Assembly (NCBI RefSeq): GCF_009914755.1
Contig: NC_060940.1
DNA: 64,000 nucleotides
Source: the human T2T-CHM13v2.0 reference genome, Homo sapiens
Strand: one strand, 5' to 3'
Shown piece after piece: positions 11,001-24,591 of this stretch (positions are counted from its first letter, which is position 1; each line of letters opens with the position of its first letter). A program made the position numbers and the translations under genes. The notes below the pieces were generated by a model that worked only from the letters and a program-made list of their open reading frames with translations, was not told the origin of the DNA and did not search any database.

Positions 11001-12056
11001 AGTTCAGTGGCTTTGCCTCCAAGTGCGTTTATTATTGTCCGCACTCCAAAATGGCTTTAAAAAATTAAAAAGATACATGACGTTGAAATCAGTGACAGAG
11101 GCATAAGGCTCCTTGAGGGAAGAAACCAGGTGTTGGCCATAAAAAAATTATTTTTCACAGCGCTCAGCAAAGGGCTTGTATGCAAAGGACCCTCAGTATA
11201 AGCTGGTTGTTGACTGATGTGTTTCAAGAGTAAGTCAGAAAAATAAAAAGAAGGCAGGGAAAGAGTTCAAAACTCAGTGTCACTTGCACATCCATTTTGC
11301 CCTAGAAGTGTTTTAAATTTTATCAGGCTCATAAACTATGTTTCGAAACGTGAAAATAAATTGGCCCCCTGACCCCTTATGAAGTGACATCATTCATCTG
11401 AAAGGTTTATCGCCCTGCGTGTCATTTTGAAGTTCCCTACTCTCCTCCTCGTTCTCTAAATCCATGAAAAAATAGAAATGGGAGGAAGAACTGGAGAGAG
11501 GGGTTCTGTGTGTGTGGAATGTGGCTCTGGAAAGCCCCCAGCCCTCCTGTTAACACAATGCTTTTATCCCGTAATCTCTGCCTGCGGGAGACAAAATAAC
11601 AGTTCATCTGGAAAACAAGATTAACTCATTTAACTTACGTAGTGATCACAGAGAGAAGCTTGTTGGAGTTGTCTGGCTGAAGGAAAGCCCGCGATTCTCG
11701 GCCATTCCGGTTCACAGGGCCTGGGTAGCGGGCCCAGCCTGTTGCAAGTAATCGGGCTCTGTCAGATCAGCCTTGGTGAGATTGGGATATTACCAGGGTA
11801 TTCTGTTCATCTCTGACACAGGCCCTCTCAATCTGATAGACGGTGTGCCTCTTCTCTTCATTAGAACATCTTCCTGAACACTTGCCTGTCTGCACTGCCC
11901 TGCTAAGGGGTTTTCAGGTGAGCGTGCTGTGGGTACCTTCACATTTCAGGCCTTTTAACAGGGAATGAAAACCAACTGCCCTGTGATTCCAAGTCTGCTG
12001 ATGCATGCGAAATTGGCTTTGTGTTGGGGCCTCTTCTTCCAAAGCAACAGTAAGCA

Positions 12057-12353
12057 TTTTTTTTTTTTTTTGTGATAATCTCTCTCTGTCACCCACGCTG
12101 GAGTGCAGTGGTGTGATCTCAGCTCACTGCAACCTCCGTCTTCTGGGTTCAAGTGATTCTCCTGCCTGAGCCTCCCGAGTAACTGGGATTACAGGCACCC
12201 GCCACCCGACGCCCAGCTAATTTTTGTATTTTTGGTAGAGATGGGGTTTCACCATGTTGCCCAGGATGGTCTTGAACCCCTGATCTCAGGTGTTCCACCC
12301 TCCTTGTCCTCCCAAAGTGTTGGGATTACAGGCGTCAGCCACCGCCCCCGGCC
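12057..12353 (-). mobile_element. AluS
   Basis: Poly-T followed by antisense dimer ending ccggcc. Confidence 0.93.
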
Positions 12354-12792
12354 GATAGTTGCCTTTCTTACCAGCCTGGGCCAGGAGCAGTTGTTTATTT
12401 TCTGCTATTTCGTGTGTTTCTTTTTGCTGGCAGTGACATACTCCTACAGGGATGTCTGCCTCATGTTGACCTGCTTGTGTTTACCACCTAGAGGCCTAAG
12501 AACAGGCTTTCCCCGTTCAAATCACCCAGTGGCGTGCACACTTGGGGCACCTGGGGACTGGTTTCCTGAATGGCATTGAGAGTCATTACTTTCCACACAC
12601 AGTTAACTGCAGGGAGATTTGTCTCTGAAAGTAGTCTTCAAGAAATGCGGCAGCTGCTTCTAGCCGCTCCATCCTTCCTTTTCCCAGTGCGCACTAACCC
12701 TCCAGAGCCTTCCGCATCTGCTATGCAGCATTGGCCACACCAGTGGGATGCAAGAATTTATCCCTTCTGTTGATGCAATTAAAGCTAATGGA

Positions 12793-12797
<5 letters not shown>

Positions 12798-12845
<48 letters not shown>

Positions 12846-12960
12846 AATATATTTTATATTTAAAAATATTTATATTTTATATATTTTTATATATTTATGC
12901 AAGTATATATCTAAATATATAAAATATATATAAATATATACATATATGTGTATATATAGA
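12798..12960. repeat. (TA)n and AT-rich low-complexity tract
   Basis: About 20 TA units followed by degenerate AT sequence. Confidence 0.95.
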
Positions 12961-13256
12961 TTTTGTTTTTTGAGACAGGGTCTTGCTCTGTCACTCAGGC
13001 TGGAGTGCAGTGGCGTGATCATGGCTCACCGTAGCCTCAACCTCCTGGGCTCAACTGATTCTCTCATCTTAGCCTCCTGAGTGGCTGGGACCGCAGGTTC
13101 ATGCTACCGTGCCCAGCTAATTGTTTAATTCTTTGTAGAGATAGGATCTCTCCCTTTGTGGCCCAGGCTGATCTCAAACTCCTGAGCTCAAGCGATCCTA
13201 CTCACTCGGCCTCCCAAAGTGCTGGGATTACAGGTGTGAGCCACCATGCCAAAGCC
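12961..13256 (-). mobile_element. AluJ
   Basis: gagacagggtcttgctctgtc...tcccaaagtgctgggattacagg. Confidence 0.92.
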
Positions 13257-14560
13257 TAAGGGACCTTAGAATTTTTTCTCCTTTCTTTTCACATTTTGTT
13301 TTGTGCTTGCTTATTTATTGAAATCTGGACCACAAATAACTTACATGTTTGTCAAGGCCAGATTTCAGGACCTAACCAACACCCGACAGGCATCTTAGAA
13401 AGTGGAGGGTGTAAGTTATAAAGAGAGATTACTTCCAACACGTTTCTTTAAAGCCTGCTGGCTAAATTAGGTGGGGCCTTATTTGTGTCCTCTCTGTTCT
13501 TGCTAGTCTGGCCTTTGTATAATAGGGAAGCAGATATATCTGGAAGCCTCTAAGTGTGCATCATGGAAATTGTTTGAAATGTTCAAAGTGATGTGGATGT
13601 ATATATACGTTAAAAAATATCACTTTCCCTTTTGAAGACATTTACTATTTCTATGGTTTGTTTAGCAACAGCCTGGCTGAATAGTTCTTCAAAAAATAGG
13701 AACATGATGCTCATATCTGGCCACTGTATATGCTTTGGAGGGAACTTGAAGACTAGGTGGCTGCAGCCACTCAGAATCTTGTTGAATATTTAACATTTTT
13801 TTGTGAATGTATCAACTAAGAAGACTATCAATTTTAGAGCATACAGCTGTTCTAGAATAATAGTTTGAAAGGCCAGCCGCAAAGATTGTGGTGATTAAAG
13901 TGTGAGCAGATGACGGAATGATAAACCTTAACGCTTAAAAATGTGTTTTTATAGTGCCATTCCTATATAACATCGTCTGATAAATGTATTTGAGACGAAC
14001 AGGCCAAATGAAAGAACCTTCCATAAGGGGATGCAGCACAGTTTGAATATAAGTGTTCCCTCCAATTCCCATGTTAGTGCTTTACTATGAGTATTGACCA
14101 GTGTTAAAGAGTGAGCGCACAGGAGCCTTCTCAAAGCCTCCTGCACACACTCTCCCACTGTAAATGCACGAGTATTGATCACAATTATTCCGTAAACACA
14201 TCTTACAAATTCCCTCAGTGCACGCGCCATCTAAATTAATCCAAATTCAGAACAAAGCTCTCTTGGAAAAGGAAAGAGCATCTCTTTCAGGAGCTTCCCT
14301 CTTGGACATTAAATCTTCCATAATCTGTGCTAGTTCGGCAAAGAAGCCCCAACGTCCTCCCAATCATAGGGCGCCTGAGCTCTTGGTCTCCTATATCTTA
14401 TATTCATTATAGATGTCTTATATCCATTCCTGTATCCTTTGTGATGTCTTGAGTGAGAAAATGCTCTGACCAATAAGCCAATGTTCAATTGACTTCGAAA
14501 TGTTATGTGGGATAGGCTCATTCAGGGTGGTACGGCTGTAGACAAAATGCTATATGCATT

Positions 14561-15265
<705 letters not shown>

Positions 15266-15326
15266 ATTATTCAGAGGTCTCAAGAGGCAGGCTGCCAAGA
15301 ATAGCAGTTAGAAATAGCTAGTATCA

Positions 15327-15613
15327 GGCCTGGTGTAGTGGCTCATGCCTGTAATCCCAGTGCTTTGACAGGCTGAGGGAGGAGAATTGCTTGAGCCCAG
15401 GAGATCGAGACCAGCCAGGGTAACATAGGGAGACCCTCATCTCTACACCGAATTTAAAAACTTAGCTGGGCATGGTGGTGCCTACCTGTGGTCCCAGCTG
15501 CTTGGGAGGTTGAGGCAGGAGGATTGCCTGAGCCTGGTAGAGGTGGAGGCTGCAGTGAGCTGTGATTGTGCCACTGCACTTTAGCCTGGGTGACAAAGTG
15601 AGACTCTGTCTCA

Positions 15614-15641
<28 letters not shown>
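15327..15641 (+). mobile_element. AluJ
   Basis: Dimer with long A tail; TSD agctagta(t/g)ca. Confidence 0.92.
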
Positions 15642-15647
<6 letters not shown>

Positions 15648-15757
15648 AGCACACCCCAAAACTTCTAGACAGGGCATGGTGTGAGCTGGAATAGACAACT
15701 AGTTCATGGTAACAGGACCAGCAGAGCTCCGTCTTGATGCTGTTATTATTTGGTATC

Positions 15758-16168
15758 TGTTAGGAGCTGAATTATGTGTCCTCAAAATTCATGTGATGAA
15801 GCCCTAATTCACAGTACCTCATAATGTTACTCTATTTGGAGATACAACCTTTTAAAGGATGGTTAAGTTAAAATGAGGTTGCTTGGATGGTCCCTAATTC
15901 AGTTTAATTTGGGTCCTTATAAAAAGAGGAAATTTGGATGCACAGAGACACCAGGAATTCATATGCATGGAGGAAAGACCACAGTGGCAAAAGACACATT
16001 GAGGAGGTGGCTGTCTGCAAGCCAAGGCAAGGGGCCTCCGGAGAAGCCAAACCTGCTGACACCTTGACCTTGAATGTGCAGCCTTCAGAACTGTGAGAAA
16101 ATCAATTTCTGTTGTTTAAGCCACCTAGTCTGTCGCATTTTCTTATGGCAACCCCTGTAGATAATACA
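15758..16168 (+). mobile_element. MLT1B-type MaLR solo LTR
   Basis: gaagccctaa...cagaactgtgagaaaatcaatttctgttgtttaagccacc...taataca. Confidence 0.85.
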
Positions 16169-16519
16169 GTCCCATTCTCTGGGGAAACAGATACCTCCGC
16201 CAGGGTCCTGATCTGAATATGATTTGGGGTGATGGAACAGAAACACCCGAGGACTGTTGTTGGGGAACAGGAAACCTGTCTGTAGTCCTGGCTCTGTCTC
16301 CAATTGGCTACGAGGGCTTGTGTGTACTCTAGTTCTCTTTCCGTGACACTGCATTTGGGGGGAAGGTAAGGGAACTGGGGAAAAGAAGGCAAAATGATGA
16401 CTTAAAGAGACTGATGAACCCAAAGCTCTCTTGTGAAGCCCCTTCTAGAATAAGTCCGTCTCACGTTACAGTGCTTAGGAAGTGTTAGATGTACTGTCAT
16501 TTCTTCAACATATATGTCC

Positions 16520-16883
16520 TATATTAGTCTATTCTCACACTGCTAGTGAAGACATACCTGAGATTGGGTAATTTGTAAAAGAAAGAAGTTTAACGGACTC
16601 ATAGTTGCACATGGCTGGGGAGGCCACACGATCATGGCGGAAGGCAAAGGAGGAGCAAAGGGGCGTCTTACATGGTGGCAGGCAAGAGAGCCTTTGCAAG
16701 GGAACTGCCCTTTATAAAACCATCAGATCTCGTGAGACTTATTCACTGTCACGAGAACAGCATGGGAAAGACCTGCCCCCATGATTCAGTTACCTCCCAC
16801 CGAGTCCCTCCCATGATACGTGGGGATGATGGGAGATACAATTCAAGATGAGATTTTGGTGGGGACACAGACACACCATATCA
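16520..16883 (-). mobile_element. THE1 (THE1C/D-like) solo LTR
   Basis: aaaccatcagatctcgtgagacttattcac; 5-bp TSD tgtcc at 16515-16519 and 16884-16888. Confidence 0.92.
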
Positions 16884-17343
16884 TGTCCTGGCAGCCATCT
16901 ATATTCAAGACACTATTCTAGGTATGACATAAAGGATGGCAAAAAGTCAGTTACTTAAAAGTGTGGAAGCAGAGTGTCCCAGGCGGAGGAAACGGTAAAT
17001 GAGACCTCTGGTAGTAAGAAGCAGTGTAGCATGTTTGAGACACTGAAGTCCAGTGGAACTTGGGCGGAATAAATGAAGGGAAGATTCAAGGTGAAGGCTG
17101 AGAGGTGTGCATGGGTCTGATCACACAGAGCCTTGTAAACCAAGGTGAGGACTTAAGATTTTATTCTAGCTGCAGTGAGGAACCAGTGAGTGGTTTTAAG
17201 CCAGAGAGAGATTGATAAGACATGGAATGATACGGTGTGATATATGAAATGACATGTTTGAAATGATAGATGACGTGATTGTGATATAATATGATGCGGC
17301 TGAGGACAACACTATAACTGCTCGGTAGAGAATGGATTGTCAT

Positions 17344-17466
17344 GGCCTGGGTGTGGTGGCTCATAATCCCAGCACTTTGAGAGCTCCAGGTGGGATGATT
17401 GCTTGAGCCCAGGAATTTGAGACCAACCTGGGCCACATAGTGAGACCCCATCTCTATTAAGAAAAA
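17344..17466 (+). mobile_element. FLAM
   Basis: Left monomer; TSD agagaatggattgt. Confidence 0.85.
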
Positions 17467-17524
17467 AGAGAATGGATTGTGATGAATTAGGATTGGAAAC
17501 ACAGAGATCAGTTAGAAGATTTAT

Positions 17525-18240
17525 CAGTGAGAAAAGAGTTCAGTTGCAAGTTAAAGAAAACACAAGTAAAGCTAACTGTAACACACAGAGCTTTGTCTTT
17601 TCTTGCTGAATAAGAAGCTGAGAGGGAGGCAATTGCTGTCACTGGTCCAGCCGGCTCAGCAACTGCACATTTGTCAAAGTTCTTCATCCCCAGCTTTGTG
17701 ATTCTCTAGGTTATTCATTCTTCTGGGATCGTAGATGGCCACCACAGGTTCACTGTGGAAAGAGGGGTAGGAATTTTTACCAGTTGGGTCTGACTCCACC
17801 CCACCCCCACCCCTACCCACCGTTTTTTGTTTTTGTTTTTTAAGATGAAGCCTCACTCTGTTGTCCAGGCTGGAGTGCAGTGGTGTGATCTTGACTCATT
17901 GCAACCTCCGCCTCTTGGGTTCAAGCGATTCTCCTGCCTCAGCCGAGTAGCTGGGATTACAGGCACATGCCACCACACCCAGCTTTTTGTATTTTTAATA
18001 GAGACAGGATTTCACTATGTTGGCCAGGCTGGTCTCGAACTCCTGACTTCAGATGGTCTATCCACCTTGGCCTCCCCAAATTCTGGGATTACAGGCATGA
18101 GCCACCGTGCCCAGCCGTGTCTGACCATTTTATCAGGAAAAGCAAAAGCTTTTCTAGAATCTATCAACTCCCTTCTGCATGTGTCTATTTGGCATGGGCT
18201 GTGTCACATGACCCCTGAGCTGCAAGGAATGCTGGGATAC
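17525..18240 (-). mobile_element. Old MLT1 (J/K/L-like) LTR split by an Alu
   Basis: cagttgcaagttaaagaaaac...tgtgtcacatgacccctgagctgcaagg. Confidence 0.55.
17823..18116 (-). mobile_element. AluS
   Basis: Antisense dimer. Confidence 0.92.
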
Positions 18241-18427
18241 GATGGAAGCCTGCCAGAGGTAGAGCCTTGGGAAGGGCTGATAGGGCCTCTAACCTAAATG
18301 TCCACCACCAGAGGTATTACAGAGGTTTGAGCAAGAAATTATGGTGGTCCCAGGGATGATGCATTCTGATAATCATTATCATCAAGAGGAATGTCTAAAG
18401 GAAAGGGGAAAAAAAAAATCAGACAGT

Positions 18428-18778
18428 CACATTGAAATGAGGTCCTTAAGATAGGCCCTAATCCAATATGCAGATAAAGGGGAATTTTGGGTACAGAGAC
18501 AGAGGCAGAGATAGAGGGAAGATGATGTGAAGAAAAACATAGGGCCGTGTAGAGGCAGAGGCAGAGATTGAAATTGTGCTATCATGAACGGGGGAATGTC
18601 TGGGACTGCCAGAAGCTCCTGAAGGCAGGAAGCATCCTCCCCTCCAGCCTTTGGAGGGAATGTGGCCCTGTTGACACCTTGATTTCAGACTTCTGGGTTC
18701 CGCAACTGCAAAAGAGTACATTGCTGTTCTAAGCCACCCAGTGTGCAGTAGCTTTCTGCAGCAACCCTAGGGATGAAT
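18428..18778 (+). mobile_element. MLT1C-type LTR (5' truncated)
   Basis: ggccctaatccaat...gacaccttgatttcagacttctgg...taagccacccagt. Confidence 0.8.
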
Positions 18779-20934
18779 GCTCCTGCCAAATGCTGCCTGC
18801 CCTTCAAGATGAGTGTTATTTGGCAGAGGAAGATGATGCACTGCTTATTTTAGGGGATGCCCTCACTTTTGGGTCCCTATGTCACCTGTGTGTACTCCAT
18901 GCCAGTGTCTTCCCAGCCCCTGCCAGGCAAGTTCGTGTGGTTCTGTGATAACCCTCATCTCTATAGGTTCTGTGATAACGCTCCTCTCACTGTGCTGCTC
19001 CTTGGGTGACATCACACCCAAGGAGAATCATGGGACCACCTCCAGAGAGATTTTCTTAGAGGTGTGGAACAGAAAAAAAAGCGTCTCTATTCGAATTGCA
19101 GGATCTTCCTTATAGTCCTGGAGAAACGTGGCCCAGCATTGTCTTGGTCCATAGCCTGAGCTTACCCTCCCTACGCAACCACAGCTGTGTGCAGCTTCAG
19201 CCAGGTTTGCTTTACCTGATCTCACTGGCTTCATGTTTATTATCTTATTTTCAGTTTCAAAAGGGCATATCCTGCCCCCTTTCCCAAGATCAGAGGATAA
19301 GGAATGTCTTGATGTTCTCAGTCGTAAAATCAGGCTAATAACACCTCCCATGGTTGTCTGTGAGGACAACAGAAAGTAATGTTTTCTCTGAAAAGTTTAA
19401 AAGGGTAAATGGCTTCATCACATGGTGATGACAGTGATTATTCCAAGAGATGGCTGTAAGCTCCCTGAGAACAGAGGTGCTCTGTGTAAATCTAGTCTGT
19501 CTCCCCAGGCTTAGTGGTTGACCTAGACTATACCAAGAGTAAGTGTGTTTTTTAAATTTAATTTAAATCAATTCATTAAGCATTGCTAAATTGGAAAACC
19601 ATGGAATATAGAGATCCAGTAGTTAAGAGCCTACTGGGAGAGACAGCATAATAATTACAATAAGTGCAGAACTTGAAATAATGTAATTGAAATAATGTAA
19701 TACAATCCTGCTTAATATTACACTGTATATATTCATTGACTTATAGACTGAGCTCCTTATCTTGTTCATTGCTATGGCTTTAGCACCTTTTGAACAGTGG
19801 TGCTTGGCTTTTGGTAGGTGGTCAACAAATGTGTATTAAGTATATGAACTGTTGGAAGGGTCTGCTGTGAAGGATGTGATTTGCTCTCTTTGATGGTGGA
19901 CAAAGAAGGTTTCCTGGTGGAAGAGATTAATGAGTTGGGTTTTGATGAATGAATAGGAGTTTCCCCAGACACACGGAGGAGACAGAATGGAATGAAAGAG
20001 GGGTTTTCCAAGAAGAGGCACTGAAGGGCAAGACTTCATTGCTTCTTTGATACTCCAATGCCGGCTTCCTTTGGGTTGGACTCTGATGGATCTAATCGAG
20101 GATTAGGATGGAGGTAGGTGGGAACATATTTAGAAGGATGCCCTGTGGTTTTTCTCCTTCCTGCTATTTATATTTCCCTCTCTGTCTTTCCCACCTGTTT
20201 GGTGATGAGGAAGGAGCTGTGTACTGGTTTGAAACCTATTCACGACATAGTGGACCCAACACCAAGTGTCTTATTGTAAATGGATCCACTTTTACTACAG
20301 TTACTTTAATGGCATCTAAATGATAAATGTTAATAAAAAAGCATTTTTGCTTGGGAAAGCACAATGGTATTAGCCTGCCAGACTGCAAACGTTATTTGCT
20401 TTATGGAAGGGGATTTCAAACAAGGGGTTCTGGTGGTTTTTTTTTTTTTTTATTTTTTTTTTATTTTTTTTTATTTTTGCCTCAACGGTTATTTATAGAG
20501 AAAGTATGGGCCATTGCATGTTTATAGTATCTCTTTTTTATGGCTGCCCAAGTTATTATTTTTTATTGGTTTGGGTACTTAATTTGCACATTTGTAAACA
20601 ATTATGTAGTTACACAGCTGTTGTACCACAGAGACCATATGCATTTCCATGTTAAGAGAAAAGTCCGTGAGGGATTCTCACTGGATACCATCATAAAAGA
20701 ATTATTGTGGTGCCAAAAAAATTTAAAAAAACGACTAGCTCAGAAGTTATCATTGTGTTTTTATAGTATTTGGAGTTAAATAAATTTAATGTTTTTTTGC
20801 TCACTTGAGTTGGAGCCAAACTTTATAACTGAATAGGAGGGTTCTCTTTCCCATATTTGAGTAGAACACATGATGTTCAATAAAAATGAATTTGCCAGTC
20901 AGAAAAATTTATCTTTTAGAAAATTAATACACTG

Positions 20935-21082
20935 AGCCAAGCATGGGTGGTCCATGCCTCTAATCCTAGGTACTCTGGAGGGTGACGGTGGGAGGATCCC
21001 TTGAGCCCAGGATTTTGAGGCTACCCTGAGCTATGATCACACCACAGCACTCCAGCCTGGCCAACATAGTGAGACACTACCT
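20935..21082 (+). mobile_element. FRAM-like Alu monomer
   Basis: gggaggatcccttgagcccagg...gagctatgatcacacc; no clear tail. Confidence 0.75.
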
Positions 21083-22690
21083 AGATAGCTTAGGAGAGTT
21101 CCAATGTTTCTGAAGGATTTTTTTTTAAAAGAAGTATTCATTTAGGTGACACATATTTATTGAGACACTAATATATGCCAGGAATTATTCTATTGGTTCC
21201 TTTGGAGGAGACATGAATAAAGGCATGGATGTGACTGAGGAGGTAAAGGTGAAGAATTGGGGAGGGGTGGATGGGGCTGACTCATGACCTAAAGAACATG
21301 GCATCTGGAGCTCTTTTGAAATAATCTGCACTAACCACTCATTCACATTTTTTTGAGTCTGTAAGATCCCAGGCACTCTTGGTAGCAGGGGGGTTAGGTG
21401 GGTGAAGGGACAAGTAGAACTTAGTTCCAACAGAGCTAAAGGGTATTGGTGAAGACTATGAGCCCCTCATGACGCACAACTGGTTTCAAATCCAAGCCCA
21501 TCATGTATCATCTGTGTGATTGTGGGTGATCTCTTTCTTCCCAAAGCCTGTTTTCTTGCCTGAACCTGATCAACAGAAACAGTCAGTGCAGGTAATGTGT
21601 TTAGCACACAGCCTGGCATACGAACTTCCACACAAAACGGGTGACCATGGCTGAAGGGTTATTCTGGGGAGCCTTCCCTGTGGAAGCCCCATTAACCATC
21701 CCTGCTCATTCCTCCCGTGAGACCACCATTTGCTAAATCTTCTATCAGGTGATGTGGGATCCAAGAAGAAACAATAATCAGAAGCTTGCCTTACAGGCAT
21801 GCACAATTTCGGGTGGACTGTCACATGTGCACTGAAAAAGTCGAGAAATGTTATGATGGCCCTGGAAGGAGGAGTGTCTAGATGAAATGCGAATAAATAG
21901 GAGACAAGTGTGTCGTTAATTAAGAAGGAGAAGGGGGACTTTAAGGTTACCTTAAAAGAAAAGAGACCCCTCAATGCTTTGGAAGAGCCTTTTTAATAAG
22001 CTAGTCAGGTAAGTTAGATTGCTCTGTCTTACACTGGTTTAGTAATTTTCATATATACTTATTTCCCCTGAAATGTATTAGTAACATTTGTAATTTACCA
22101 AATGGAAAATATCACTTAACTTTAAGCTTCATCAAGTTAAGAATGAATTTGTAACCAGGGGTATTATGTTTTCTCTTATTATAACAAACACCAATCAAAA
22201 ACAAACAAATACATGACGGGAAAGAAAGAAAACCCAGCATTTATTGGCAGTATTTTTCTGCAAAATATTATTTGTTTCCCTTTGCAGTTTTATTCATTTT
22301 AAGCACGTTTTCACCAAAGTGTTCTATTCTAAGCTAGTCTCAATTCAATTTAAAGTGGAAGGTTTTTTTCAGTTTAGATAATTTACATATAAAAGCGTTA
22401 CTGTACATTTTATGAAATGACTGTTTTCAGAAAACAACGATTTCAATTTAATCGTATTGTTATTCTGCAAGTTGAAATGCCTCACTCTTGCTTCTTGGTC
22501 TTACTGACAATATTCCTTCTTGCCCTAATTTTAAATGGTGAGTGTTTGAAAATTGATGTGCTTCTTTTAGACCCTACCAGTAAGACTTAAGGCCCACTGT
22601 GATTCGTCTGATAGACTTGAAGATTATGTGCGCGTGTGTGAAACAAGGGAATCTTAATCATCTGAACCTGACGGGTATATAGATCTTTCT

Positions 22691-22748
22691 GAATTATTTT
22701 TCTTTCTTTTCACAAGAAAGAATTATTTTTCTTTCTTTTCACAAGAAA
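22691..22748. repeat. Perfect 29-bp tandem duplication
   Basis: gaattatttttctttcttttcacaagaaa x2. Confidence 0.97.
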
Positions 22749-23999
22749 TTTTGCTTGCCAATGGTCAGATCTGTTAACACGAAAACTAAAAACTTATACA
22801 TCATTTTATATTTTGAAATTCCCAATTTGCAATGTTATTTTTTTTTCTTCTTTTTTTTTTTATGACACTTTTCTTCTGGAAAAAATCCTTAGGACCCAGT
22901 TACTCTCTTTCAGGATTTTATATCATAATGTGTCTGTGAGAGACAGAGCCAGATGTTCAGGATTTCAGACCACCATATTTGTCCTAGGAAACCTGCCAGC
23001 ATTTCACATTCTTGACCCTTGAATTGAATATGAGGCTCTGACTATATAACAGAAAACACCCGAGTTTTATGATTCTGCAAGCGTGGTTTACACTATAAAT
23101 TTCCACCGGTCTCTGCTTGTCTCTTCTAGAATTTAGGGTTATTCTCAAACTCTATTATACAAGCAGTGCCCAAGTGCCTTCCTCCAAAAGTACATTAGAT
23201 ACTTTCTTGGGGAGAGAAGAAATTAGACAGGAGCTACAAAGATGGATTAAAATTAATTTGGTCCTAACTAAAAGATAAGTTCCTCCCCCATCCTCAGGAT
23301 GAAACCAAGAGCACTTCTCCATCATCAGGGGAGCCAAGTGGACGCTAATCACCACCGTGCCTGGAGAGTTGCCTTTCAGCTGGTGAATTTACTATTGCCA
23401 ACTCCTGCATTCTTATTAGTCTATAAGATTGAGGTCGTTTATTGGTGATCACTTGTAGATATATATTTATATAAATCTCTTAGCCCAGAATCTCCATAAA
23501 CTGTTTTTCATGATGTGGATACCACGTGGGATATGTCCCACAATTGGCAAGTGCCATAAATATATTATAGGCCATTATACTTTCTACAGTATCTTTAATT
23601 GATATGCCCCATGTCTAAGAAAAAAAGTAGTTTTTCATGATGAAGGTGATGAACTACTTCTTTCCATTATTCTATTTCCCCCTTTTCTTCTTCAGGCTTT
23701 AAAGATATCATAATACCATTTACATTTACTGTTTAATTTTTAGGTCTGTATTTAAAAATCTGTGTAGTGACAACAATTATTCTTATTGTATGAACATATT
23801 GTCGGCTGGAGAGTATTCAGCTGTCAGACAAAGTGTTCTCTAAAGTGTTCAGCCATCAGACAGAAACTCTATTGCTGGTGGCGGGGTTGTGGGCTGGGGG
23901 AACCAGAGTATTTGCTCTTCTTTAGAAGTCATCAATGGTAAGCCTAGGGCAGCCTGAACCACTTGTGTTAGAAATATTTTTTATAAAGCAGGACATGTG

Positions 24000-24165
24000 C
24001 TTTGAAATTTGATTCCTCCGTCACTGGCTGTGTGACCTTAAAGAAATAAATTGACCTGCCTGAGCCTCTCGGAAATATTGGCTGGCCAGTAGCATCCTCA
24101 CAGAGTTTTTCTGGGAATCGAATGAGAGATTACATACACAGGGCCAGGTACATAGCAGGTGCTCC
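24000..24165 (+). mobile_element. MIR
   Basis: ggctgtgtgacctt...ctgagcctc...cctcacagag...aatgaga. Confidence 0.65.
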
Positions 24166-24591
24166 GAAGATACCCCCGACTTCCTTTCCTACGAATAAAG
24201 AGGCCCAACTTTTTGTCCATATGAAGAGGTTGGCAGAGCAAACGCACACGTGCGTAGGAGCTGGAATTGTCGATAATGTCACAATCTCAGGAAACCCAAC
24301 TTTGTAAATGTGACTTTCCTTTGCTACTTTTTGCCTATTAAGCAGCCATGTATGTAAAGTATTAAATTAGCATCCAGGCACTTTCTTTTTTTCTAGAAGG
24401 TGGTATTTTGCATATTAATACTTGCTTAAATCAAGAAGCTAAGACTTTGTATTATATTTTGCTTTACGTGCCTTGATTAAGGTCATGATCCTGACATTCC
24501 AGTCCCAAAGGAGACCAAGGAAATGACCAGCACGTGGCTCACTCCCTGTCTGTCCAGTAGAGGACACCAAGGCACGATGACCGCAGCTCCT

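Larger units (their letters stand above)
16497..17520 (-). mobile_element. L2 fragments interrupted by THE1 and FLAM
   Basis: gagccttgtaaacca...gattttattcta...gtggttttaagc. Confidence 0.7.

Noticed and set aside
13949-14230. 93-aa minus-strand ORF in unique sequence
   Set aside because: No recognisable domain, splice structure or promoter; length is compatible with chance
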